From assembly GCA_045541795.1 (NCBI GenBank), contig JAZQJV010000010.1, forward strand, positions 8,333-72,332: 64,000 nt of DNA, in the 5' to 3' direction. A program made the translations under genes and the position numbers. This document shows positions 56,061 through 64,000 of this stretch, piece by piece. The stretch is from Patescibacteria group bacterium (GTDB lineage Bacteria > Patescibacteriota > Microgenomatia > UBA1400 > PJMF01). The notes under the pieces were generated by a model. That model searched no databases and was not told the DNA's origin. It saw only the letters and a program-made list of their open reading frames with translations. Positions within the stretch are counted from its first letter, which is position 1; each line of letters opens with the position of its first letter.

Positions 56061-57065
56061 CTACAAATCTAGCAGCCACTGCGCCAACTTATGACGCCTG
56101 GTCACTAATTCCAAATAGTCATGCACCTGCGGAGTCGCAAGCTGATTATTCTGATCCTCTTCGCTAGTCACTTCTGGCATCACTGCCTTCATTTGCTGTT
56201 TCATCTCGTCATCACTGGCAGTGATTTTTTCTGCATCCATGAGTGCATCCAGTACAAATTCCACCTGCAAATTTTCCACCGCCTTGAGAGCAAATTGCTG
56301 ATCCAACATTTGTTCATTCACTCCAGCATTTTTGAGATAATCAGCCCAGGTAATTTGGTACTGACCCAAGCGGTTGACCAAGTTCTCATACTCCTGCTGC
56401 GCCCCACGCATGACCAGAGTCCGCGACACCTTAGGGCGAATTTCTTGGATCAAAGCCATCAACGCCTCGTCAGTAGTGCGCGCTTTTAATTGCTCTTCAT
56501 CCAAAAGTTTTGGCGCTTCCTTCTTCTCTTTTTTCGCCTTTTCGATCATCTCCTTTTGCACTTTTTCGAGCTCTTGACGGGCAGTTTTCTTTTTGTCCTG
56601 CAAAAACTTCTTGTAGTCCGGTAATTTGATCTTTGTCCGCTGTGGTAAAGCGACAGTCAGTTCCCAATCAATATTTTTGGCGGCTTTCGTCACCATCACA
56701 TTTGGATCAGCATCTGGCTTGATTTTACTTTCTTCAACAGCTTTCGCCAGCCGACCATTGAGCAGTTGCTGTGTCACTTGATTGATCAAATAATCTGGCC
56801 GGATCCGGTCTTCAGCAATCCGCGCCGGCACTTTTCCCGGGCGGAAACCGTCAACTTTTAGCGTTTTTGCCATCGCACGCAAAACCCGATCATACACGGG
56901 TTGCACTTCTTCCCACTTGATGACGATTTTAATCTCTTGATCATCAGCGATCAATTCTTTGAGCAAATCATCCAGGGTCGGCGCTTTTTCCTGTTTGGCT
57001 GTTTTTTCCTCAGCTGTCGCTGCTTTGGCCGTTACTTTTTGTGTCTTTTTTTCCTCTTTTGTCAT
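56061..57065 (-). CDS. tig: trigger factor (short form)
   Basis: Ribosome-binding signature VDGFRPGKVP. 334 aa, apparently lacking a full PPIase domain. Confidence 0.7.
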   Translation of the reverse strand: MTKEEKKTQKVTAKAATAEEKTAKQEKAPTLDDLLKELIADDQEIKIVIKWEEVQPVYDRVLRAMAKTLKVDGFRPGKVPARIAEDRIRPDYLINQVTQQLLNGRLAKAVEESKIKPDADPNVMVTKAAKNIDWELTVALPQRTKIKLPDYKKFLQDKKKTARQELEKVQKEMIEKAKKEKKEAPKLLDEEQLKARTTDEALMALIQEIRPKVSRTLVMRGAQQEYENLVNRLGQYQITWADYLKNAGVNEQMLDQQFALKAVENLQVEFVLDALMDAEKITASDDEMKQQMKAVMPEVTSEEDQNNQLATPQVHDYLELVTRRHKLAQWLLDL

Positions 57066-57073
57066 AGATCTGC

Positions 57074-57085
57074 ATTATACCACAA
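57074..57085 (-). promoter_or_regulatory. extended -10 TTGTGGTATAAT, 8 nt before the tig ATG (leaderless)
   Basis: Reverse complement of 57074-57085. Confidence 0.55.
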
Positions 57086-57087
57086 AA

Positions 57088-59712
57088 TTAGTCATTTTCG
57101 CTATCCAATTTCTCCGCGCGCAAACGTGTGATCAGCGTCTCTAGCCCCAAAAGAGACATTGTTTGCGGCAATGCCCCCGGCGAAAATTCAGGATTCGCCA
57201 GTTGATAAGCTCCTTGAAGTGCTTGTAGTTTGGCTGCCAGTTGTTGTCTGTCATTTTCACCTCGGCATGAAGCCACCGCTTTTTCCAGAGCTGCTTTGAG
57301 CGTTTCCTTATCAAAAAGTGCCTCCAGATTACTATTATCAGTATCGCCCATAATCCCTTCACGCCCAGTGCCAGCGATCCGATTAAGAGACAGCCCTGCT
57401 GTATTGGCCTCAAACCGCCCTACCGCCGCCAGCAAACTCTCCACATCACCAGTTTGCTGATATACATTCACGTCTTCGCGGATTTTTGCTGCTTGCTGGC
57501 TTATAAGCTTACTTTTGGCAATTTCTACTACCGGGATGTCCCATTGCTCAGCCGCCCGATACGCATTTTCGCGCGATGTATCGCTCATCGTATCGTCCAC
57601 CACCACGCAGTCTGGTTTTACACGCTCTCGCGCCAACACAAACTCATTATAAATACGCACTGAATTTTTTTCTATCTGTGAGCGAGCTACAAAAGTTTGT
57701 TGTCGGCCAGTATTAAAACCATAATTAGCAATATGACTATCCAAATCATAAGGAGAAAACGAAAAAATTTCCTCGCCCGTCAAATTATTAAATCCGTAAA
57801 GCACCCCATCTCCGCGCACAGGCGCTGCGCCCATATTTTCGCTGCTAATAAATGATGTGGACAGGCCATGCGTTTTGAGTGCGTCCACATTTTTCCAAGA
57901 ACTGACATAATCCCGATCACTTAAATCTTTATCCATAGTAAAACCAGTACTATTAGAATGTACAATGAGACAAAAGTCATCATCGAGGGTCGTTTTTTGG
58001 ACAGTGTGCGTGCCAAATGTCACTTCTTCGGCGCGCTGCAAAATCGTCGCGCGCGTTTTATGTAACGCCTCCACATAAGTACTCGCATACAACCGCCGGC
58101 CCACTTCTCTCAAGTGTAGCATTTCGTCACTGCTCAAGCGAAATGTCTGCGTATTCAGTCTACTCAAAATCTGCGCTGCGACTTCATCTTGCTGCTTTTT
58201 GACTAACTCTTTGATCTCGCCATATTCTAGTTCAGGATAGCTCTCAGCCACACTATTCCAGTCTGGCAAGGGAATATTATTCATACTAGCCATGAGTTCT
58301 AATGCTACACCCAAATGAGCTTGGGCATCATCCTGCACCATCGCTTCCACTTCACTCCAGTGTTCATAGCATTGTCCCAACACTTCTGTTACTTCCTCAC
58401 TACTCATCATGAAGAATTTTTGATAATAAAACTGTTTATATCTTTCCAAAGCTTGCTTACCGGCATACTCATTATCACTCGCCGCTCGCACCATTTCTAG
58501 TGACTTTGCTTGTTTGTCTATTTGCGCTCCCAGATTTTTGCTAAAGTCATTGTTTAAATCAACTTTTATTTTTTTGTCATCAGGATCTGTGGCATAAAAC
58601 ATCGCGTAATCCACCAAAGTTTGATCACTCACACTGTTGACCGCAGTAAGCGCCAAGCGATTTTGCCACAAAAAGTCAATGAGCGTCACACTTCGCCGGT
58701 AAAAATCATTACCGCCAGACTCCGCCTGCCAACTTTTCACCAGTAGCGCTAATTTATCAATTAGTGACGGCGTCTCTTCACGCAAACTGTTTAACTTTTC
58801 GGCCAGATCATCAGTAATACCAATTTCTAGTAAAAATTTCTCATCAAATTTATCCAGCAAATCTTCACGCAACATTCGGAAATCAAAAACATGAAAAGAA
58901 TCAGGATAGTTTTCTCGCAATGTGTCATAAGCGCTACGTGCCTTCTCACCAAACTGCCCTTCCTTTACCACTTCGCTTAAAAGTAAAGCACTCTGTCGAC
59001 AAATTTCATCGCCCGGTTGATCACCAATTTTTAATTCTTCCGGCAAACTGCTATCTGCTTTCTTCCAGTTTGCACGCAAACTGTCATAAAGTTCGGGATC
59101 AGCTTTATACAAACGATTGACAAAAACTAAAGCTGGATCAATTACCGTGCCAAACATCGCTACCCGCCGCGGCGCTTGATCTAGCAACACTTTTCCCTGA
59201 TCAATTCTTTTTTGCAACTCTGCTATCACGGCTTGCTGCTCGGTAAAATTGTCCACACAAATCTGTGCCAGCAAATGATCCGGTATCTTGGCCAACAAAT
59301 CAGGCTGCGTCTGTACATAAGCAATGACCTGCTTCCATTGGTCATGCTCCTTACCGTAAAAGCTCGTGCGAAAATTTATCCCCATATCAGCGAAACTATC
59401 TGCCAGACGCAAATTGAGCGCCGCCCGGTCTTGTAGTGGTAGATTAGCATCTACAAGTTCAGCCAACTTACGCGTATGAGCGCTCTGCAACCTTTCCGGC
59501 ACGCTCAAATCTCCATCATTAGGGCCGTCAATGGCCAATGCTGTCGTCTTCACTGTATACTGAGCCTCACTAATTTCTGCTGCTTGCTCTTTGCGTGCCC
59601 TTTGTTCCTGTAAAGCGCGCCAGCGCGTGAGGATTTCACCACTGTCAAGTTCTGCCGACTGACCTGCTACTGTTTCTGGTATTGATGATGTCAATGTTTC
59701 TGCTGGCGACAT
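57088..59712 (-). CDS. large hypothetical cytoplasmic protein (874 aa, no recognised domains)
   Basis: No signal peptide or TM segment, no Walker or HExxH motifs. Mostly helical, with a mixed alpha/beta C-terminal region (…HSNSTGFTMDKDLSDRD…GFNTGRQQTFVARSQIE…VVVDDTMSD…). Leaderless, with tggtataat 6 nt upstream. Confidence 0.5.
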   Translation of the reverse strand: MSPAETLTSSIPETVAGQSAELDSGEILTRWRALQEQRARKEQAAEISEAQYTVKTTALAIDGPNDGDLSVPERLQSAHTRKLAELVDANLPLQDRAALNLRLADSFADMGINFRTSFYGKEHDQWKQVIAYVQTQPDLLAKIPDHLLAQICVDNFTEQQAVIAELQKRIDQGKVLLDQAPRRVAMFGTVIDPALVFVNRLYKADPELYDSLRANWKKADSSLPEELKIGDQPGDEICRQSALLLSEVVKEGQFGEKARSAYDTLRENYPDSFHVFDFRMLREDLLDKFDEKFLLEIGITDDLAEKLNSLREETPSLIDKLALLVKSWQAESGGNDFYRRSVTLIDFLWQNRLALTAVNSVSDQTLVDYAMFYATDPDDKKIKVDLNNDFSKNLGAQIDKQAKSLEMVRAASDNEYAGKQALERYKQFYYQKFFMMSSEEVTEVLGQCYEHWSEVEAMVQDDAQAHLGVALELMASMNNIPLPDWNSVAESYPELEYGEIKELVKKQQDEVAAQILSRLNTQTFRLSSDEMLHLREVGRRLYASTYVEALHKTRATILQRAEEVTFGTHTVQKTTLDDDFCLIVHSNSTGFTMDKDLSDRDYVSSWKNVDALKTHGLSTSFISSENMGAAPVRGDGVLYGFNNLTGEEIFSFSPYDLDSHIANYGFNTGRQQTFVARSQIEKNSVRIYNEFVLARERVKPDCVVVDDTMSDTSRENAYRAAEQWDIPVVEIAKSKLISQQAAKIREDVNVYQQTGDVESLLAAVGRFEANTAGLSLNRIAGTGREGIMGDTDNSNLEALFDKETLKAALEKAVASCRGENDRQQLAAKLQALQGAYQLANPEFSPGALPQTMSLLGLETLITRLRAEKLDSEND

Positions 59713-59718
59713 GTATTT

Positions 59719-59729
59719 ATTATACCATG
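59719..59729 (-). promoter_or_regulatory. extended -10 (CATGGTATAAT) for the 874-aa gene
   Basis: Reverse complement of 59719-59729. Confidence 0.5.
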
Positions 59730-59787
59730 AGTGAAAAGATGATTGTGTGAATGATCAAAAATTTCTTTACCGTTTTACTCAATTTCA

Positions 59788-59796
59788 TGTTATAAT
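59788..59796 (+). promoter_or_regulatory. extended -10 (TGTTATAAT) heading a ~270-nt leader upstream of the Gly-rich protein gene
   Basis: tataat at 59791-59796. No other good -10 lies nearer the ATG at 60066. Confidence 0.45.
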
Positions 59797-60065
59797 ACAA
59801 CTGTCGCAAGTTACAAAGTAAGTAAATGAAAGGAAAAAGCAAAACTAGTTACAGCACCAAACCCCATGCGTATGACAAAGGCAAATTGCAAGCGCAGCTC
59901 GGACGGAGAAAAAAGCACATGACATTGTTAGCGGGGTAACGCCTGAGCAGGACGCTTTGAGCTAACCTGGATACTTACAATGACTTGCGACAGCTAACGG
60001 TCGTGTGCTTTTTCCTGCGCCAAAAGTGTAGTTTTTCTCAAAAAGATGAAATGAGAAAGGCGAAT

Positions 60066-61256
60066 ATGACGCACTTTTTGTGGCGGGTCTTTTTGGCGGC
60101 GGTTTTGGTTATCATCTCCTCCCCTGCCAGAGGGGAGGTGCCGCGAAGCGACGGAGGGGAGGGAGTTGGTTTGGTGCGCACGGCTCATGCCGCCTCCACC
60201 ACAACCACCAAAAAAATCAAAGATGTACAGCTTAGTGAAGTCATCCAGATTGGTTCCGCTAAGTTTGTCAAGATTACCGCTAATCACTTTCAGGCGGTAA
60301 AGCCGTATGTCTGTGCTGACCCGGTACTCACGTATGCTGGCGCCAGCAAAAATTTCACTTATACGGGAAACTACCAGACGTTTACGGCGTATGCGGGCTG
60401 CCAGTACCGGGTGGAGTTGTGGGGCGCACAGGGGAATGGCGATGACCTATCGACGGGTATTGGTGGATCAGGCGCATATGTGAGTGGCCAAATATTAATG
60501 AGTGATAGATATGATTTATATTTCTACATAGGTCAGCATCTCTCTGAACGTAAGACCGCTTCTTATAATTGCGGATCAACAGGCACAGATAATTCATTTG
60601 GCGGCGGCGGCGCTAGTGATATTCGTACAGTTAGTGGAAGTTGGAATAATATAGATTCGTTACGATCGCGTATCATCGCAGCGGCCAGTGGAGGCGGTGC
60701 GCAAGAATGGGGCACGTGTACTGGAGCAAAAGCTGGCGGCATTAGTGGATATGATGGCAATTTATGCGGACGCAACGATCAAAGTGTGCCTATTGGAGGT
60801 ACGCAGATTAGCGGCGGTAGAACTTGTACAGGCTGCAGACGAGCTGGTAGTGCTGGCTTATTTGGTGAAGGGGGAAATGGCGGCGGCGACTATTATAGAG
60901 CTGGTGGAGGGAGTGGCTGGTATGGTGGTGGAGCCGGAGGTGAGAACTCTCCCTCAGTTACATCTGGTGCCAGTGGCTCCTCTTACATCTCTGGTCACAC
61001 CGGCTGTGTCGCTGTCACCTCACTAAGCGACACTACTCCCAAATCCGGCTGTACCACTGGCACTACTAATAACGCTTGCTCACTTAGTCCTACAGGTTTA
61101 AGTTTCACTGACACCGTGATGATTGACGGTGCTGGTTATTCCTGGACAAACGTGAAAGGCCCACTTCAACCAATGCCCAATCCCTCAGGCGGTTACTACG
61201 CCAGTGGCGTTGGACATACCGGCAATGGTGCTGCCCGCATCACCCGTCTCAATTAG
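60066..61256 (+). CDS. secreted glycine- and cysteine-rich repetitive protein
   Basis: Signal peptide MTHFLWRVFLAAVLVIISSPARG after SD agaaagg. Long Gly-rich tracts (GGGxSGxxGG…), ~20 Cys. GC is clearly higher than in the flanks. Confidence 0.55.
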   Translation: MTHFLWRVFLAAVLVIISSPARGEVPRSDGGEGVGLVRTAHAASTTTTKKIKDVQLSEVIQIGSAKFVKITANHFQAVKPYVCADPVLTYAGASKNFTYTGNYQTFTAYAGCQYRVELWGAQGNGDDLSTGIGGSGAYVSGQILMSDRYDLYFYIGQHLSERKTASYNCGSTGTDNSFGGGGASDIRTVSGSWNNIDSLRSRIIAAASGGGAQEWGTCTGAKAGGISGYDGNLCGRNDQSVPIGGTQISGGRTCTGCRRAGSAGLFGEGGNGGGDYYRAGGGSGWYGGGAGGENSPSVTSGASGSSYISGHTGCVAVTSLSDTTPKSGCTTGTTNNACSLSPTGLSFTDTVMIDGAGYSWTNVKGPLQPMPNPSGGYYASGVGHTGNGAARITRLN

Positions 61257-61338
61257 TCACTTACTACTCTTTCTACTTTTTAGATGTGCTTGCACCTTCA
61301 CTCTCCACACGGAGGATGAAGGTGCACTGCCGTTTTTC

Positions 61339-63027
61339 TCACTTTTTCTTTTTCCCTTCGCCACATGCCAGCAAAATTATTCCTACACCAGACAGCACAC
61401 TCAAGACATCACCACTTATCCTTATCCCTGTCTTTTCCCGCCAGCGCGTGATCACTTCATGCCGACCCACATCCACAATGAAAGCGATCCGCCCGCGGAT
61501 CTGTTCATCATCTACATACCGTACCGCCCTCCCATCCACTACTGTCTCAAATCCCGGGAAATATGCCGTGTGTTCTACCACCACACAAGTATCCTCACAC
61601 TCCAGCGCGTACTTTTTGCGCGTCGTCGTCAAACGTTCCACTTCCAGCAAACGTCCCCGTCCCTTAGCAATTGTCGGCTCACGACTAGCCTCCTCACTGA
61701 TGTCAAAACGAAACGTTAACGGCAAATCTTCACGGCTTGTGGTCGTAGACATGGGATACTGCAAATAGTACTCCCGCTCATGGTGAAAATAATCCTGCGG
61801 TCGTGCCCATCCCAGCACCAAAAACTGGACCGTCAACACACTCGTCCACCACCAATTACTACGTCTTGTCGGCACGAAATTAGCCAGCATTAACACGCCA
61901 CCCAAGCTCACCAACCACCCCAGCCGCCACGGGAACTGGATGAAATTGACAAAAGGTATTCTTTGCCACAGCCAAAAACTATAGTCTGTTTGCGCCCACC
62001 ACAAAAATCCTAGCAATAATATCAGTACGCCGCCCAAACGTGGATAGCAAAAACGGTCCGTTTTTTGACGCCAGCCACAGTATGCCGTCAACCACCAAGC
62101 AAAAGTAACTACCACACCAGCGCCAAAACTCAATCCATCCACCTGGCCCGGCCACGATAAACCGTTATTACTACTAGTCTGCCATAATTGCGCCGCGCGG
62201 GCAAAATGCCACATGTACTCTTGATTCAAGGCGCTCCCGTCCAAAGCCACCAAATTTTTCTCAAAAAAGGCCGGCAACCAAAACCATAAACTACAGCCCA
62301 AACCCAAAAGCGCTATCACGAGTCCCCACCATATTTTGCGCTTACCGGATAACTGCTTAAAATATAGACACTGTCCACATTTTACTGGGAAAAGCCGCCA
62401 CCAAGCATAAGCGATCACTAATGGTGAAGCAAAAAGCACCATCACATTGTGTGATAAAAAGTACGCCGCCAAGCTCACTGCCAAATAACAACTCGCCCAC
62501 TTTTTACCCGCGCGCAGCCGTTCTATCTGCCAGCACACCAGAGGAATCAAGCAATAAATCGCGACTTCCCCAATATTGCCCCGATACCAAATCCCAGCCC
62601 ACAGCGGCGGTGCCAACAAAAAAGCCATCACTGGTAAAACTCGTGACCGCTTGCGGCCAAAAAGATACTCCAGCCAGTAGTAGACACTCACGATCCCCAC
62701 ACTGACAAACATCAAAATCAAAAACTTATATTCCGTTTCGAAATCCACTTTAAGCGCCGTGGGCGGCAAACTCAGAATATTCGCCAACGGATAATTATAA
62801 TTAAAAACCGGATAACCGTAACCATTTTCTAGCATCGGCGCTACCCGTGGGATCAGCTGTCCCTCGCGCGCTGCTAAATAGTACTGAGCAAAACGGGCTA
62901 CATGATTTTCTCCATCATGAGTCACCGGCAAGCCAGGGTGCAAATACGGCCAAAAATACCAAACTAGCACTGCCGTCAGCAATGCTAGACTTGCATACTT
63001 ACTAATTTGCGCCCACCACTTTTTCAT
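61339..63027 (-). CDS. polytopic membrane protein, probable GT-C-type glycosyltransferase/polymerase
   Basis: More than 10 TM helices and a C-terminal soluble beta-rich domain. Adjacent to a GT4 gene. Confidence 0.45.
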   Translation of the reverse strand: MKKWWAQISKYASLALLTAVLVWYFWPYLHPGLPVTHDGENHVARFAQYYLAAREGQLIPRVAPMLENGYGYPVFNYNYPLANILSLPPTALKVDFETEYKFLILMFVSVGIVSVYYWLEYLFGRKRSRVLPVMAFLLAPPLWAGIWYRGNIGEVAIYCLIPLVCWQIERLRAGKKWASCYLAVSLAAYFLSHNVMVLFASPLVIAYAWWRLFPVKCGQCLYFKQLSGKRKIWWGLVIALLGLGCSLWFWLPAFFEKNLVALDGSALNQEYMWHFARAAQLWQTSSNNGLSWPGQVDGLSFGAGVVVTFAWWLTAYCGWRQKTDRFCYPRLGGVLILLLGFLWWAQTDYSFWLWQRIPFVNFIQFPWRLGWLVSLGGVLMLANFVPTRRSNWWWTSVLTVQFLVLGWARPQDYFHHEREYYLQYPMSTTTSREDLPLTFRFDISEEASREPTIAKGRGRLLEVERLTTTRKKYALECEDTCVVVEHTAYFPGFETVVDGRAVRYVDDEQIRGRIAFIVDVGRHEVITRWREKTGIRISGDVLSVLSGVGIILLACGEGKKKK

Positions 63028-64000
63028 ATATTTGTACCAATTTTGCCGCCGTCTTTTCCCACGTGAAATTTTGCTGCCACTCGTCAGCTGCAGTGATCAT
63101 TTTCTGCCGCTTTTCTGGCGACAGCGCCGCTACTTTTTTGATCGCTTCCGCAAAATCTTCACCGCGCAGTGAGTCCGCATAAACCGCGTGTTCGCCGCCT
63201 ACTTCCGCTAGCGATGAATTTTTATGACACACCACTAGCGTCTGACAGCGCATCGCTTCCAACACTGGCAGACCAAAGCCTTCCGCACGAGACGGCTGCA
63301 CGTAAGCCAAAGCTCCACCATACAAGCCGCTCAGTTCATCACTACTCGTGACCGTGGTTAGAAATTTCACCCGTCCGCGTACCTCGCTTAAATCTAGTTG
63401 TTCTTGAATAGTGATCCATTCTGGGATCTCGCTGGGCACAAAATTTTTGCCTACCATCACCAATACCATCTCTTCGGGCAAAAACTTCACTGCCTTAATC
63501 AGCTGCGCCAGGTTTTTATTAAAATTGATGTCGCCCACGTACAAAACATACTTTTCCGGCAACGCATAGCTTTTGCGCACCCGGGCAATTTGTTCCCGAC
63601 TCGCCGGCTGTAGCTGGGGATTGGGAGCTAGATAAACCACTTCAACTTTTTCGGCCGCAATTTTAAACTTCTCCACAATATCTTTTTTCGTCGCCTCGGA
63701 GTCGGCCACAATCATATTTGCACGGCGCAGCCGCCTTTTTTGTCCCCATAAATTCCACTTGCCCCGTATACCTGCTGGATAATCACTAGGGTAGAGTAGA
63801 GGGATTAGGTCATGCACAGTCACGACCAGTTTCTGATTTTTACCCACTTTTTTCAAGGTTTTTTTAAACAAGTCAAAAAAAGGATAATGCACCACCTGAG
63901 CTTTTTTTTCTTTGTCCACCACATTCACCAGCTCCAAATCTTTTTGGGCCGCCACCAGCCAATCTGCCGCTCGCCCCACACCTCGTGCCGCCTGTTTTTC
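63002..64000 (-). CDS. glycosyltransferase family 4 (N-terminus beyond window end)
   Basis: C-terminal GT-B motifs (PSRAEGFGLPVLEAM). The frame stays open to position 64000. Confidence 0.7.
   Translation of the reverse strand, partial: EKQAARGVGRAADWLVAAQKDLELVNVVDKEKKAQVVHYPFFDLFKKTLKKVGKNQKLVVTVHDLIPLLYPSDYPAGIRGKWNLWGQKRRLRRANMIVADSEATKKDIVEKFKIAAEKVEVVYLAPNPQLQPASREQIARVRKSYALPEKYVLYVGDINFNKNLAQLIKAVKFLPEEMVLVMVGKNFVPSEIPEWITIQEQLDLSEVRGRVKFLTTVTSSDELSGLYGGALAYVQPSRAEGFGLPVLEAMRCQTLVVCHKNSSLAEVGGEHAVYADSLRGEDFAEAIKKVAALSPEKRQKMITAADEWQQNFTWEKTAAKLVQIYEKVVGAN

Noticed and set aside
59826-59939. Calling the 37-codon ORF a small ribosomal protein (L34/L36-like)
   Set aside because: It is basic, but it lacks the Cys pattern of L36 and the conserved L34 motif, and its SD is weak. 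It is kept only as a low-confidence note inside a finding.
1-64000. CRISPR arrays, IS elements, integrases or prophage genes
   Set aside because: No transposase, recombinase or Cas-like ORFs and no regularly spaced direct-repeat arrays were seen. The only repeats are short regulatory-type motifs and the two-copy ~100-nt element.

Overview
This window looks like a compact chromosomal segment from a small-genome bacterium. Genes are tightly packed or overlapping, TGA and TAA are used as stops (standard code), and GC is moderate. The gene content fits a Candidate-Phyla-Radiation / Saccharibacteria-like organism: an S10-spc ribosomal-protein cluster with no L30 that stops after L15, a type IV pilus cluster, many glycosyltransferases and a FISUMP-domain secreted protein. 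This lineage call is inference, not a database hit.

Order along the window:
- gpsA, a metallophosphoesterase and rmuC.
- A full sufCBDSU Fe-S assembly operon.
- lon, pyk and manA.
- A recF-DUF192 operon.
- A surface-glycan operon (GT2, GT4, a GT-C membrane transferase and an O-antigen-ligase-like protein).
- hsp20, then a secreted Cys-rich FISUMP-domain protein with a long structured 5' leader.
- 20 ribosomal-protein genes (rpsJ to rplO), preceded by two tRNA-Val genes.
- infC-rpmI-rplT.
- A low-GC pocket with two envelope hypotheticals.
- A class A penicillin-binding protein, a GH18-like hydrolase, an ATP-grasp/retropepsin-like fusion with a 7TM partner, a LOG-family protein and a PfkB kinase.
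- A GT39-like transferase, miaB-miaA, three pilins, pilD-pilC-pilT-pilB, holB, trigger factor and a large orphan 874-aa protein.
- A GC-rich Gly/Cys-rich secreted protein behind a ~270-nt leader, another membrane protein and a GT4 truncated at the window end.

The most pervasive signal is a conserved extended -10 box, TGTG(G/T)TATAAT, sitting 4-11 nt upstream of the start codon of most first-in-operon genes. This implies widespread leaderless mRNAs, and it explains several ORF-track starts that run back through the promoter (rmuC, manA, a LOG-family protein, miaB, GT39, rpsJ, sufC).

No rRNA genes, CRISPR arrays, transposases or integrases were seen.
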